A DNA stretch of 64,000 nt from Harriotta raleighana (GCA_050575255.1 JBNZDD010013727.1:1994733-2058732); one strand, 5' to 3'; positions 26,445-40,215 are shown, numbered from the stretch's first letter. Numbers and translations are program-made. The notes: generated by a model from the letters alone, not told the origin.

Positions 26445-26805
26445 AAATTGGGAGGAATTGCAACTGAAGAGAAGAGGTGTTAATAACAAAAGATGGGGTG
26501 AAATTGCCAAAGAATACGCAGATCAGATGGTCACAGAAGAGGGGGAAGGGTTGTATAATTCCCCCTTTTGTTTCATAACATGAATTCCTCTTTCACCCAT
26601 CACCTCCTGTCCTCTACCCCATTTTCTTCTTTGTTTTCCTTGCCCTGCCTCTCCCTCTCTGTTAATCCTTAAAAGCCTCTACCTCCCAACATGCCCCACT
26701 TCTGACGAAGGGTCATGGACCCAAAACATTGATTCACTTTTCCTTTCTCGATAGATGCTGCCTGTCCTGCTGAGTGTTCCCAGCAATTTCTGTTTTTGTT
26801 TTATT
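26445..26805 (+). mobile_element. Penelope-like terminal (pLTR) fragment with an inverted 5' segment
   Basis: 26551-26805 matches the reverse complement of ~50880-51180; 26445-26550 matches ~51165-51275 in the same orientation. Confidence 0.8.
26698..26734 (+). ncRNA. Minimal hammerhead ribozyme motif (Penelope-type), mutated copy
   Basis: ctgacga-a-gggtc-atg-gaccc-aaaac-att: CUGAnGA core and stem II intact; G of GAAAC and G of GUU mutated. Confidence 0.7.
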
Positions 26806-27094
26806 CATTTCAAGACTGTTTTTGGAACACTACTGTGCACAAATTGGTTGCTATATTTACTCGTATAATGTAGATTGTACTTGATAGTATATTGAGACAT
26901 CCTCCTGAAATAAAAAGGTACTATATATAAAAATATCATGTAAATATGTTTGTAGGCGAAATAAATACGCCAATTGTGCACAGCAGTATCCCAAAATTGT
27001 TGTGGATTGAATAACCAATTTATTATTATTTGAAGGAATTATCACCCCCGAAAAAACGAACCGCTAATTGACTAACAACCAGGTTCCTCCTAGG

Positions 27095-27255
27095 AATAAG
27101 AAGGAAAATTAGGAAGAATGTTTTATACAAAGGATAATATATTGTGAATCAAGTTAAAATCAGCTTGATGTTGTGATGGGAGTTTGATGATATTCTGCAA
27201 GGATGAGATCAGAAGGGCCTTCTTCTACCAAACCAATCTTATGATCATGTGAAGT
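27095..27255 (+). mobile_element. CR1 3' fragment
   Basis: aattaggaagaatgttttatacaaagg...cagcttgatg...agggccttcttctaccaaaccaatcttatgatcatgtga. Confidence 0.55.
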
Positions 27256-27505
27256 TACCAGAAACATCCATAAAGTTTACTATTTATCTTCATCTTAGTT
27301 CTTAGCAAATGGCTCTTAATTCAGTACAAATTGCTGCTGTATTATAATCACAGTCAAAGCGATTCAGGAAATAGAGAGGCATCGTTGGAGCTATTTTCTG
27401 CTCAGGCAGAGAAGAGAGAGCCTTATTCTGCATCTAAACATCGCTATACTTTAGCTGTAGTGTTTGTTTATTAATAATAATCATTGAATTTAATATAGAG
27501 CCTTT

Positions 27506-27612
27506 CACATTGATGATGGTTTGTGGACCCGAAACGATGACTCACTTTCCTTTCTCCATTGATGTTGCCTGACCCGCTGTGAGTTCCCAGTGAGTTCTAT
27601 TTTTGTTTTATG
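27506..27612 (+). mobile_element. Penelope-like terminal fragment containing a degenerate hammerhead motif (27506-27543)
   Basis: ttgatgatggtttgtggacccgaaacgatgactcactttcctttctccattgatgttgcctgacccgctg matches 26701-26800. Confidence 0.75.
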
Positions 27613-28044
27613 TGGTTGGTGTATCTGGTCTGTAGTTATTACCATCTGGAAATCTTCTCTGCAGTATTTAGCAACACTGCAATTTGACTCAGACTGATCA
27701 CTCATGATTTCAATCAGTGAAATCTTGCCATTGTGCTTTTTTTATGCAAAGTGGTGATTTGAAAATTTAAAATATTTCTACTTTGGTATGATCAGCTTTA
27801 TTTCAGTCCACAACATATTCCAGCTGCAACAGTAATGCAAGTAGGAATCATTCTATTGATTATATAACATGTGGCTCCATATTTTAATATTAGTTTTATG
27901 CTTATAATTCAGTAATTATTTGAGCAAATATCCTTTGAGGATTGTTGACTAATTAATGGGTTCATCTAAACAGATAGAACATCAAGTCATCTGTAACTGT
28001 CATTTGTAGCTTAATGAAATCATAGGTTACTGTGATCAACTTGT

Positions 28045-28240
28045 GTCAGCCTGGCTCCATAGTGGCACTCTTCTCTGAGCCAAAGATTATAGATTCAAGT
28101 CCACACCCGGATTTGGAATCATATAGTCTAAGATGAATCTCCAAAGTAGTGCTGGATAGGTATTGTATTGTCAGAAGTGTTGTTTCATCCAATGAGACAT
28201 TAAACCGATCCCATGGCACTAATTAAAAAGAGAAGGGAAT
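28045..28240 (+). mobile_element. Old Deu-domain SINE (SacSINE1-like) head and body
   Basis: gtcagcctggctccatagtggcactcttctctgagccaaag...ttcaagtccacac...atgagacattaaaccgatcccatggcact. Confidence 0.7.
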
Positions 28241-28276
28241 AAATGTAAATATGTTCCTTCAACCCAAATGTTATCT

Positions 28277-28330
28277 AGCGGCTTGGGATGTCCGCCCGAT
28301 GTGAAAGGTGCTCTACAAATGTAATCTTGA
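28277..28330 (+). mobile_element. L2 tail-only fragment
   Basis: agcggcttgggatgtccgcccgatgtgaaaggtgctctacaaatgtaat. Confidence 0.7.
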
Positions 28331-28479
28331 ATTTAAATTTTGTATTGTACAGCATATCTATCAATTTTATGTGTCTAGAAGTTTTGAAATGCTTCAGGTG
28401 CAAATCCTATTCTGAATTCTCATTTTTCCTGTGTTGAGAATTTGGAAGAAGATTGCACCATTTCATCTGAAGATTGAAG

Positions 28480-30140
28480 ACCATTGCTTATTACATGGCT
28501 GCGAGATGTCACCTCCATCACCAACCGTCTCCTCCATCCACCTTCCCATGCCTCTCCTCCAACTCAAATTGCGAGGAGATACTGGACTTCCTTGAATATA
28601 AATGTAGGGGAACCATTCAGCCACCTCTACGCATCTACCACTTTAACTCTATTACCTCTCCCTCAGGATCCATCCTCCACCCAACCCACCATTACATACC
28701 TTTGACCCACTCTTTCCCTGCGCCCTCTCTGCTCTCAACCCGGAAAATGAAACCCACTACCTGCTTCCTCGATCCCATCCCCACCCCTATCCTTATCTCC
28801 CGGCTCCACCTCTTAGCCCCTCTCCTAACTGATATCATAAACATCTACCTATCCACCACACTATTTCCACCCTCTAAAAACAGCTGTCATTATTCTCAAT
28901 CCTGGAAAAACCTTCACTGGACCCATCCCTTCTCTCCAGCTACTGCCTCATCTCCAAACTTTCATTCCTCTCTTAAGCCTTGGAATGAATTATTGCATCC
29001 CAGTTTCGTTCCTTTCTCCCTTGTCCTCCTTGAACTTTCCTGCTGTCTTCGAGGCTGTTGACCACTCCATCCTCCTACATTGCCTCTCTTCCCAGCTTAA
29101 TCTTCGTGGATTTCCTCTCGGCTGGTTTGACTCTTACCTTTCCTACCGTCTCCACTTTGTCGCCCCCATGGCTTCTCCTCCAGCACTCACACGATCACCC
29201 ATGGCGTGCCACAAGGCTCTATCCTTGGCCCCGTACTTTTCAATATCTGGATTACTGACATCATCTGTATGCGGATGACATCCAACTCTATCTTTCTCCC
29301 TCTACCCTCGACTCTAGGACCATTGCTGTTGTGACATACTGCCTGTCAGACATCACGTCCTGGATGAGAGCTAATTTTCTACAGTTGAATGTCAACAAGA
29401 GCGAGGCCCTCCTGATTGACTCAGGCCAGCGCCTTCACATATCAGGTACTGGCAGCATCAACCTCCGTGGTTGCATACTCCACCTCATCAAATCAGTCAG
29501 GAAACTAGCTGTGTGTTCAATCCTGAACTATCATTTCTCCCCCATATCCAAGCCATTACCCGCTTTGCCTTCTCTCACCTCCACAACATTGCCTGACTCT
29601 GCCACTACCTCACCTATCAGGCTGCTGAAACATTCATTCATGCCTTCATCACATTCGGCCTTGACTACACCAATGCTCTGCTTTTCAGCATTCTCAATTC
29701 CTCTCATCGTAGGCTGCAGATGATGTGGCCCATGTCTTCTACCGCTAAAAGCTCTGTGACCCCATCTCTCCATTCTCGCCCAACTCTATTGGCTCCCTGT
29801 CACCCAGAGTATTTAATTCATGCTACTGGACCTCAGCTTCAAAGCCCTCCATGGCTTCACCCCACCCTACCTTTGCTACCTCCGGACCTCCTTACCAACC
29901 AGCCCCCTCCCTCCGCTCAACGGGCTCCAGCCTGTTTCATGTCCCTCGACACACCTGCCCCACCCTCGGCAGATGAGCCTTCACCCAGTCTCTCCCTAAC
30001 CTCTGGAATTCCATTCCGCAGTCCCTCCACTTCACCCCTAGTCTCCATCAAATCCCACCTCAAGACCCTCCTCTTTGACGGTCCCATTCGTCATCTCAAA
30101 ACCCCTCCTTTCCCTCCACCCTCCTGATCCCGGCCCCAGC
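28480..30140 (+). mobile_element. L2 LINE ORF2 reverse-transcriptase fragment, frameshifted and internally deleted
   Basis: Motifs MKPTTCFLDPIPT, GVPQGSILGPVLFNI (from 29203), YADDIQLYL (from 29268), CLSDITSWMRANFLQLNVNKSEALL and IKSHLKTLLF. Confidence 0.95.
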
Positions 30141-30478
30141 TTCATCGCACAACTGTCTGTTTTATAAAAGATAATATATTAATTCTACTTAACTTTCTAT
30201 ACTAGAATTTTTATCCTCACATTTTCTGACTGGATGAAGATTGTGGTTGCGCAAATGCAGAGGCCCCATGCATGTTTACCTACAATATCCTGAAACCAAT
30301 TGAAATATTCAAACTAAGTAGCTGGGATGGAATTCGTCCCTCAGGATTTAGAAACCTAATGAATAACATTCAACTCAACCCTAACTGCCAGTCACAGTAC
30401 CCTTATTTCAACCTTATAATTTACATTCAGTGTCATCATGATTGCAGTCAAAGAAAAGAAAAGGTGCAATTGGGGTGN

Positions 30479-31555
30479 GCGAGGCCCTCCTGATTGACTC
30501 AGGCCAGCGCCTTCACATATCAGGTACTGGCAGCATCAACCTCCGTGGTTGCATACTCCACCTCATCAAATCAGTCAGGAAACTAGCTGTGTGTTCAATC
30601 CTGAACTATCATTTCTCCCCCATATCCAAGCCATTACCCGCTTTGCCTTCTCTCACCTCCACAACATTGCCTGACTCTGCCACTACCTCACCTATCAGGC
30701 TGCTGAAACATTCATTCATGCCTTCATCACATTCGGCCTTGACTACACCAATGCTCTGCTTTTCAGCATTCTCAATTCCTCTCATCGTAGGCTGCAGATG
30801 ATGTGGCCCATGTCTTCTACCGCTAAAAGCTCTGTGACCCCATCTCTCCATTCTCGCCCAACTCTATTGGCTCCCTGTCACCCAGAGTATTTAATTCATG
30901 CTACTGGACCTCAGCTTCAAAGCCCTCCATGGCTTCACCCCACCCTACCTTTGCTACCTCCGGACCTCCTTACCAACCAGCCCCCTCCCTCCGCTCAACG
31001 GGCTCCAGCCTGTTTCATGTCCCTCGACACACCTGCCCCACCCTCGGCAGATGAGCCTTCACCCAGTCTCTCCCTAACCTCTGGAATTCCATTCCGCAGT
31101 CCCTCCACTTCACCCCTAGTCTCCATCAAATCCCACCTCAAGACCCTCCTCTTTGACGGTCCCATTCGTCATCTCAAAACCCCTCCTTTCCCTCCACCCT
31201 CCTGATCCCGGCCCCAGCTTCATCGCACAACTGTCTGTTTTATAAAAGATAATATATTAATTCTACTTAACTTTCTATACTAGAATTTTTATCCTCACAT
31301 TTTCTGACTGGATGAAGATTGTGGTTGCGCAAATGCAGAGGCCCCATGCATGTTTACCTACAATATCCTGAAACCAATTGAAATATTCAAACTAAGTAGC
31401 TGGGATGGAATTCGTCCCTCAGGATTTAGAAACCTAATGAATAACATTCAACTCAACCCTAACTGCCAGTCACAGTACCCTTATTTCAACCTTATAATTT
31501 ACATTCAGTGTCATCATGATTGCAGTCAAAGAAAAGAAAAGGTGCAATTGGGGTG
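30479..31555 (+). repeat. Apparently exact duplicate of 29401-30477 (probable assembly artefact)
   Basis: Same 1,077-bp sequence on both sides of the single N at 30478; duplicated ORFs are offset by exactly 1,078. Confidence 0.9.
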
Positions 31556-32779
31556 CAAATCCAGAAGTACTTTTGTTTTAAGTTTGTGTAACCGTTGGGT
31601 GCTTCTGTATAACTGTGTAATGCCCAACCACCTGATCTAGGGCAATGAATTCCTGCTAAGCTTTCAATACTGTGAAAGACAATCATAAATAACTTCTACC
31701 TGTAATACTTCTGAGTTATGACTCTTTCATGTATGCTAGACAAGAGTCATAACTCACCATCATAGGTGCAATGATGTCCATTGATATTTTAGCTGTGGAG
31801 AGAATTTCCAAGGAATATTTTTTTTGTTCTCGCTCATAAATGTACAGTAATGGGTCACATATGCATAACCATCATGATTCCTGGCAGCCTACACAAAGTC
31901 ATTTTCTCATTTTCTGTGCCCGTGAATACATGATGTCAAAACAAAGGAATGCAAACTCTCTCAAAAAATACTAAATCATGATGAAACTTCTTTGGTTGCA
32001 GTTTAACTGATTTTTCCCTGTGTAATTTTCCCTGTATAAATCGTACTGTAGAGAAAACTCTTTTTTTTAAAAAAATCAAGGTCCAAAATTATCCACATTG
32101 GGGAAGAGGAGGGAATTCCCATTAACTTAAAATTGAGAATGGGTGGGGTGGTGGGAGTGGAATGAGACATAACATTCTGAATTTGCAGATACTGTACAAT
32201 GCTCATCAGAAAGTGAACAATAATCATCAATGAAACACTTTTTCTTATTTTTTGGTTTCCACTATTGTTGACCAAGTACTACATGTTGCTCTCAAAAGAA
32301 TCTAATATAGAAATTTGTTGGCATGGGTGTATTTAATCATTTCATTTAAGTTTATTACTAGTCCTATTATTGCCAAAGAAAAAAAACACATTCTATCTAG
32401 TCTGTAAATTGACTGATAAGCAAAGATTGATGTTTGCAACTGCAAGGTCCATAATTTTACTTTTGGAGAATTACTACTACATTTCTCTTCTCACTCTGTA
32501 GCACAATGAATCAATTGCAAGACATTTTAGGGACAGCAAAAGGCCATTAGTTCCAAATAACTAGTCTTGTTTCAATCTCTACCTCAACCTCTTTATCATA
32601 TCTATCGAACCCTCCTCTTTCCAAAAATGAACCATGTTTCTTGTATACAATTGTCCTAACTGGATAAGAATGACAAAGCAAAAGTAAACTAAACCCATCT
32701 GTCTATAAAGATGGAACCACTTCAGTGATAAAGCCCTTCAGCAAAAGACTCAGATGTATAATTATACAAAAGAGAGATT

Positions 32780-32870
32780 GGGTTGCTCTGATGCTACAAT
32801 GGATAAGTATGATTTAGGATTGAGCTGCACAGACTAACAGAGGCCGTGGTTCAATTTCTGGTCCGTAATG
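32780..32870 (+). mobile_element. LF-SINE-like head fragment
   Basis: ctctgatgctacaatggataag...ttgagctgcacagactaacagaggccgtggttcaatttctggtccgt. Confidence 0.4.
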
Positions 32871-33583
32871 TCAGAAGGCTTGTTTTTTGGCAGCAGATCA
32901 AGTGGACAATCTTATTATGTACAATTCTTTTATCCTCCTGAGCTTCCCAATCTTCAATCTCACTGGGAGCAGCTAGTGAGCAAGTCCACTCTTCCTTACT
33001 TCAATTTTGCTTCATTAAACTATTCAGAATCAAAATCTCTACCAAAGTGGATATAACATCCGGTTATAAAACAGCTTCAAAAAGTTCCTTAACCCAGGGG
33101 CATGCAAGCCTATTGAAGTGCCCCAATGACAGTTAATGGAATTTGCAGTTAAGAACAAATCTCTTTCGGCCTGGTTTTGGTATTTCATTATGTTAATATC
33201 ACTTCTAAACAGGCCAGAAACTGTGGCTGCAGGTGATATTATGGTGTAGGAAATGGAAACAGGAAATCTTCTACCTCACAGCAAGTAATTGGCATCTCTT
33301 GCTCCTCCTGTATCTGGATTCAATTTTGTCTGCGCCATCTCTCTCTCTCATCCTGCTACCTTGTTCTCTTCCCTTTCTCACTCTTTTGCAGCAAATGGAG
33401 TAGTAACTGAGGTTAAGAGAGAGCCTTGGGCTTCAGTTTGGATCCTAGTTTTAGAATATATGATGAAATCAAGTTAAGGGATTAATTGGTTTGCCTAACA
33501 ATGAAATTACCTGAAAAACAGCAAGTGCTGTACTTTCTACAAAATGTAAATTTCCTGTGAACAATGCGATTTGTTTGCTTTGT

Positions 33584-33932
33584 GGAGTCCTGTAGCTCAG
33601 TGGTTATAGTAGCAGTCTTCTTACAAGCGAGAGGAACTGAGTTTGATTGCCGGCAGTATGAAATACTGAGCAAGTTTCCTTACTCTACTTGCCTCTGTTC
33701 ACCTAGCAGTAATTAGGAACCCGATTGTTAGTCGATTGGCAGATTGCTTTAATTTGGTCATTCAATCCACGACTGTTTGTGGGACATTGCTGTGTGCAAT
33801 TAGATGCTACGTTTCATCCATAAAATGTACAGTCAGTGAGTATACATACTCACTTTCCAGTATATTTTGGGAAGCACTTTAACACATCTCAAAGATGTGA
33901 TAAAGCTCTATGTCAAATGCAATGATTACTAT
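33584..33932 (+). mobile_element. tRNA-derived SINE, long subfamily
   Basis: ggagtcctgtagctcagtggtta head; gcctctgttcacctagcagtaattaggaacccgattgttagtcgattggc segment; tail tatgtcaaatgcaatgattact. Confidence 0.9.
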
Positions 33933-36389
33933 TGTAAACTACTCCAGTTCCACAAAATATATCTTGTACTATATTCAGACCCAATGGCAAAGTTATGAAA
34001 TAAAAGGCTGGACATCAGAAGTAAATGCACATTAGAAACCTCAAGATTAAAAATGTGATACTCTATTGACAAACCAGATTTGAATCACACATTGTGAATT
34101 GCACTTTAGATAAATCAAAAAAGTGGGAAAGAAATGATGCTGATAATCAAAACACTGATGTTCCCAAACTAAAAGATACAGTTCGTGACTGAAGTTTGGA
34201 AATTTGATATTTTCAACCTCCTGCATTTGAATTCTGGTTTTAATCTATTTTCTTGCTATCAAATATGTTAGATTTTGCTTCTGCATGGATCTGTAAGTAC
34301 TTCTAACTTGAATTCGATTGTATTCTCAAATTAGGAAAGTTTGAGAATATTGCATAAATTTGTTAAAGTACATTCTTATTTATAAAACTAAACACATTTT
34401 AACTACAAAAATGTTCACCTTGAATGTTTTAACTTTTTTTCCAGAATAGTTTGCCAGAACTTATTCCAAGAAATATGCTTGTTGTTAGTTGCAGTCTGCA
34501 AATATGTAAAAAGGCTGTTGCTTTCAATAGTAGTCTTTATCAAACTGGCTGAAGTACATCAAATTATGTAATAATCATTGTAGAATTCTCAGTCATGAAT
34601 CATTTACCCATTTCTGAAATTATTAAACATTAATATTTTGTTGCCAAATATAATGATGTTTTCAAAAAAAACATTGACAATCACAGCTAAAATGCAATAT
34701 TTGTAACCTGAATTGGAATTGCTAATTATGATTTCTAATTTGCTAACATTAAATTAAAGAATTTTGAGCTTGCAGAGTCTGAAAAAGGATTGCGATCAAA
34801 ATGGCAGTGGAAACTCCTGTTTGTGAATATAATGTTTATTCTCTAATATAGCAGTATTAAATATGACAGGTCTCACAATCTCTAAACGCTTCACAATTTG
34901 AGTAGATAATATATTGTTTCTTTTATCTATCTTGTTTTCAATGCAGCTAATTTTTAAAATCATAACTAAAGTCTTAAATTTCAAACTGATTGATTTGTAA
35001 GATGCAGTTATTTGTTCCCTGTGTTAAATAATGTTTCAAACATCAGAAATGTTTGACTAAACAGTTTGGAACTTCATATTTTTTCACCTTTGTACTCCCA
35101 GACTTTGGCATACTTACCTTTGATACAGATAATGTTTTTATTGATGAAACAACAACTGATTGTGGCAGTGTAAGTAAACATTTTGTGGAAGTCAATACAA
35201 ATTAAAAATGTGTTAACTCCTGCAATTTATGAGGAAAAAATATTTTTGAAGAGTTTAATTGAGCAAATAGATAAATGGTAGCAACAGAGTGACCTGGTGT
35301 TTCATTACACCCAATTATCGGATTCAAGTGAATCTGAAACTTGAAGATTATAGAAATAAAACAAAGTGCCACCAGGCATACTGACCAAACAATGTTTAAG
35401 ATGTAATGTATAGTGTGGAAGTGCTCGGATCATTGAGTGGTGCAACTTAACAGGAAGGTTGCTTGAGACAGGCGCAGGACTCAATTGAAAGAACAGCTTG
35501 TTGCTGTGAGAGGTAGGATTGCAGACAATGTGTTCTGGAGGAATAAGGTCAAACGGTCTTCTTCATTCAAAGAATCTTGCCATCTTGTGATCTTGTCAAT
35601 AGTCATTGGTATCCAAGTACTTACACCTGGTTATAAATTGCTCACTTTATTATTACAGTACTATCATTAACTATACGGTGAGCAACTGATAACCACGTGC
35701 AACTATAATGCCCAGTAGGTAAAAATTAGAGTGACTAGTGATATTTACCAAAATGCCAACCCATTGATGTGTTGAGCATAATCCTTCTGATCCCAACAAA
35801 ATGGTTTGCCCGGAACTCACAATGGAATGTTATCTTGCATGATTTTAAATAATTGTATTTATTCAAACACTATTTTGACAACCAGTTCTCTGGTGCTGTA
35901 TATTGGGATCAAAAGCACCATCTGGCAAACTTTTTGATGTTGGTCTAATCAGGACCATCCTATCCGTCAGTGCTTTGAGTAGCAAGGTTAACAGAAACTG
36001 AGTGAGAATAATCCCTACGCCCTCCAATTCCTGCCACTGATGCAGGCTGCTTGGTGTGTATTAGGGCACTTTGGACCCATCTGGCTCAGGAACAGAACTA
36101 CTAAAACCGCCGAAGATTGACTCAATTTCAACAATTCTTTGCAAAGCATCAGCTCAGTCCCCTTGCTAAGGTGCTGTACCAAGCTCTCTTTTCAGATTTT
36201 CTCAATTTCCCTCTTCTAGGCAAGTCATTTTGGACCGGTCCCCTTCTTTTGGAGGTTGGCTCAATATGAGCCAGTGGCTCTTCATACCCTCTGTCTACTG
36301 TTCATTATTTATCAATGAGCAGTATGAAAATTGGTAGACGATTAAACCATGTGGAGGGAAAGAGAACATAAGATAGGAGGAAGATCACA

Positions 36390-36622
36390 ACATTTGCCTG
36401 ACTCTTCCACCCATACTTCCCATCACCAAACACACACACATTTTCCAGAGAGAAATGAGCAGTGGGAATCCCAGCTGAATTTCTTCTCCCTAACCCACGG
36501 GTACTGATGCTAATTGAAGTGTCCCAACTGAGATCAGTCGGCTCAGCACAGACATACCTGCAACTTTCCAATCTGTGAAGCCCAATGCAGGGCGGTATGT
36601 TAATGCAGGGCCATTGGAGAAA
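36390..36622 (-). mobile_element. LF-SINE-like element 5' half
   Basis: Reverse strand reads ...tctgtgctgagccgactgatctcagttgggacacttcaattagcatcagtacccgtgggttagggag..., matching the LF-SINE-like head/body as recalled. Confidence 0.6.
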
Positions 36623-37187
36623 CACTATTGTTTACAGAGTGCTATGAAGCTGATGATGCTTGTTCTTATAACAATATTTAAATTATAATCTGCATTTGTA
36701 AGGATTTGCATCACCATCACTGATATCTTTAATGAAATCAGCCATTTGGACTCCGTCATGAAGCACATAATTACAATATCCTCTGCCACAACGCAATTTT
36801 TTTTCATTAACTCTTGTTAAATCAAATTTTCTTGATAGACATGTTTCCACAATAAAATTTGCAGGGCTCCTGTATATTATTCCTTGAAAGACATTTTTTT
36901 TAACACTCAAACCCATCAGTAGTGCACCACAAAAGTATTGATTTTGACAGACTATGTATTCAATCTGTTTTAAAAAAAACAAGACTTTCGCTGACAACAT
37001 TTTGACAGATCTGGTTGTTGTTGGAAAAAATATTTTCAAGGAATAAATGAATACATTATTTTCTGCTAAATTGTTTAAATTCTATTTCTCCTGGTTTGAC
37101 ATTTACTTCAAACACATACATACATACATGCCTACACCCACACACACACACCCATAAATACGTACAAACACATAAATACACATATTA

Positions 37188-37410
37188 ATAATCCTTAAAT
37201 TTGGTTTAGGGGCTTTCCATTGGAAATACTTCTGAAACAACTCAAGATGATAGATTTTAAAGTAGAGTAATTGTGTGTGCTGTGAGAAAACCCAGAAGTC
37301 AATTTTGGCATAGCAATGGTCCACAAACATACATTAAGTAAATGAGCAAATTTGTTAGGGAGATTGTTAGCCAAGACACCAGGAGAAATTCCCTTCTCTG
37401 AGATCTTACA
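37188..37410 (-). mobile_element. Degenerate SINE 3' half
   Basis: aataatccttaaatttggtttagggg...catagcaatggtccacaaaca...gccaagacaccaggagaaattcc. Confidence 0.5.
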
Positions 37411-40104
37411 CACAGACACTTTATTTTATTGATTTACATCTCTCGCTCTCTCTATGTGAATTATTTGTAACATATTCTTCGCAATGGGGAGATACAAAAC
37501 ACCTCTACCAGCTGAATTGAAAATTAGCCTTCAATAAATGGGAATTCCTTTTTACGTTTTGAATATTCTCCATTTCATTCCCACAGCTGTTCTAAATTTT
37601 GCTTCCTCCCAAACACTTTGAGTGGGTCTCATTATAAAAATTAATGTCTGAACTTCAGACACAATTCTTCGAAACAACAGTCATTTTCACTTGAAATATA
37701 GGTTCTATTTGATATTTGGTTCACTTTCAGGCTAATTGTTTAATGTGCAAGTTATTTTACACCATGATAGATATAATGTGGAATCTAACATCCATTAATC
37801 TTTTCTAATGCTTGAATATTTTTCATTTTGTGCTGAAAATAAGATGATGCTGAACGAAAAGTTTGCAAGTCTTAGTGAACATGTGTTAGACCCAATGATC
37901 CACATTCATAGGAGCATCTTATTGTGAAGTCCTTGTTGAAAAAGTGGACATTCCTCATGTTGCTAACTGTAATATTGTTGATAAGGGAATTTGGATGAGG
38001 CAGATTACCAACATTTCATATCAGATTCAATAGTTTTCATACTAAATTTGGTAGGAAATGTTGCAAATCACGTAATTTTCCTACTACTGCATTCCAAAAT
38101 ATAAGGATCTATAGCGTATTGTTTCAAACACAATTTAATATAAACAACTCTGAGTCACGATCGGGAAGTCTAGATATACCAAGCCACAGAAAATGTGTTC
38201 TGGAAATAGATAGCTTTGGAGCAGGTTCCCATGAGTTGGGATTACATAATTTGATCACTATTTGGGGTCAACATAGACAACTTCAAAATTTTCAGATGAA
38301 ATTATGTTGCAATTTTTTGTGTTTTTTTGACCGCTTCTTAGTCATAAACTGGAATAGGAATTTTTCACCAACTGTGGTTAGATTTTGAAAGAGGAGGCAT
38401 CAAATTTCCTCATAATATTGCTGTATCGCAGAGCCTCAACAGCATATTTGTGCAATTCACACTGGTGGGATACTACAGTATTCAGAAATCATCAAGACTG
38501 AATCTATAATTGTGTTTATTTTAATCAAGATACATTTTATGCAGAATTTGCTTGAGGTAGAGCAAGAACAGGCTAGAGAATAACAATTAAGTTTCAAGCA
38601 AGAGCAGAAATATTTAGAAAGATGATATCTATCCAGACAAATGCAAAATTATGTTACAGCTTTGACCTTAATTTTCTATATGAACTTATTTACATAAAAC
38701 ATTTCAAATATATGATACTGGTGATTTCTTATTAAATACAGAAGAGCTATGTCTAAAAGCAAACAATTTAGATCTAGATTTTTGATACAATAATGGTGCG
38801 AGCCAATAAGTGAGAAAATTAAAATAGAATATAAATGAATCCTTTCTTGATCACTAATGCCTCTTTTTGGGTGGTGTGTGGTTGCTAGGTTAGTACAGGT
38901 TTAAATACATCACATTCAAATACTGTATGTCAACCAAAATGTTTTTGGTCAGCCAGTTGTCTGACACAAGTGGAACACAATCACTGTTTTTAAGATTATC
39001 TAAATCAATTGAGAGTTCCACTGACCATAGAAATGTCCCTGTGTCTGGAATTTCAAGTACATTTTCTTCCTGGTGGTCCACACTCCGTTTATCTAATTTC
39101 AGAGAGTATCAGGCACAAGGCAGGTTGACTCTAGAGTAGCATTGTGAATCTGCTGGAATTTTACCTTCAAAGCTCCATAGTTTAACATTGAGAGTAGTAT
39201 ACAGCAAATTCCCGCTTTAATCCAACTAGCCAACAATATACATTTGTGGTTTGACGTTGGGATTAACAGGAGTCAACTGTGAAGCATTTTTGCACCCGCA
39301 CACTGTCTAGGGTTACAGAGAAAGGATGACCACATGGTTAATTTAACAGAAAACTTCTGGGGTTCATTACATTCTTTGTCTTCAGCTTGAGTTAGTGTCT
39401 GTATTATTGTTTCTTGTTTTAACTCATGTTCTCGCCAATATTTTTCAACTTTGGTAGTAGCTATTTATGGGTCATGTTACAAATATCCTGTATTAGATCT
39501 CGATATCAATCAAAATTTACCTGAGTCTAATGCTTACTAATATTAAGTGGGTTAGCCCTCTGATTGAAATGTAATCTCCATTGACTTCTTTCTACCTTTT
39601 ATGAAAAACACAACAGGAAATGAGAGAAAACACAAGGGAAATTGGAGAAAGAAAAAAATTAATCTGAGTGGCATGAATTTGCAGCATCTGGAAGGTAGCC
39701 AAGCCAATGTGAATTGTGTACTTTCTCCAGTAGGTACAACAGTGTGTGCAATGTGGAGTCCTTTCTCCAATACTGCAAGTGTGGATTGCAATGCTTGGAT
39801 GGGAGAATGGATGGCTTGAAATTTGGGTCATTGTCTAGATACAGTTCCTCTGAAAGGTCAATATGATTGTTTTAACAGAATGTTTAGTGTGTAATTCTGC
39901 TACCCGGGGAGTTGGAAAAAGAATGGTCAATATCTAGTAGTAGTTAAGTTGTGTAATTGGCTTTTCTTTCTATTGTGCATTTTGCTTCAGAAAAATCTAG
40001 AAATAAAATCAATCTAATTTAATTGAGTTACACATTTTCTTCAATAGTCCTTTTCGCTTTTGCATAAACCCAGCCTGAAACAGCCAATGCAGTACCAATG
40101 TATG

Positions 40105-40215
40105 TTTTGCCCATATATACAGTCAATTCACTATACAGTGTATTCTGTGAAGCGCTTTGAGACATATAGAAGATGTGAAAAGCGCTACATCAAACGCAAG
40201 GATTATTATTATTAT
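40105..40215 (+). mobile_element. SINE tail fragment
   Basis: tacagtcaattcac...gtgaagcgctttgagacatatagaagatgtgaaaagcgctacatcaaacgcaaggattattattatt. Confidence 0.85.

Noticed and set aside
29401-31555. 1,077-bp tandem duplication as a real segmental duplication or LTR pair
   Set aside because: The copies look identical and meet at a single N, the same pattern as four other junctions, which points to an assembly artefact.
36683-37039. 118-aa minus-strand ORF, faintly like a hAT transposase CxxHxLHN region
   Set aside because: Key residues are missing, the start is non-ATG and there are no splice or TIR cues; the similarity is too weak without an HMM search.
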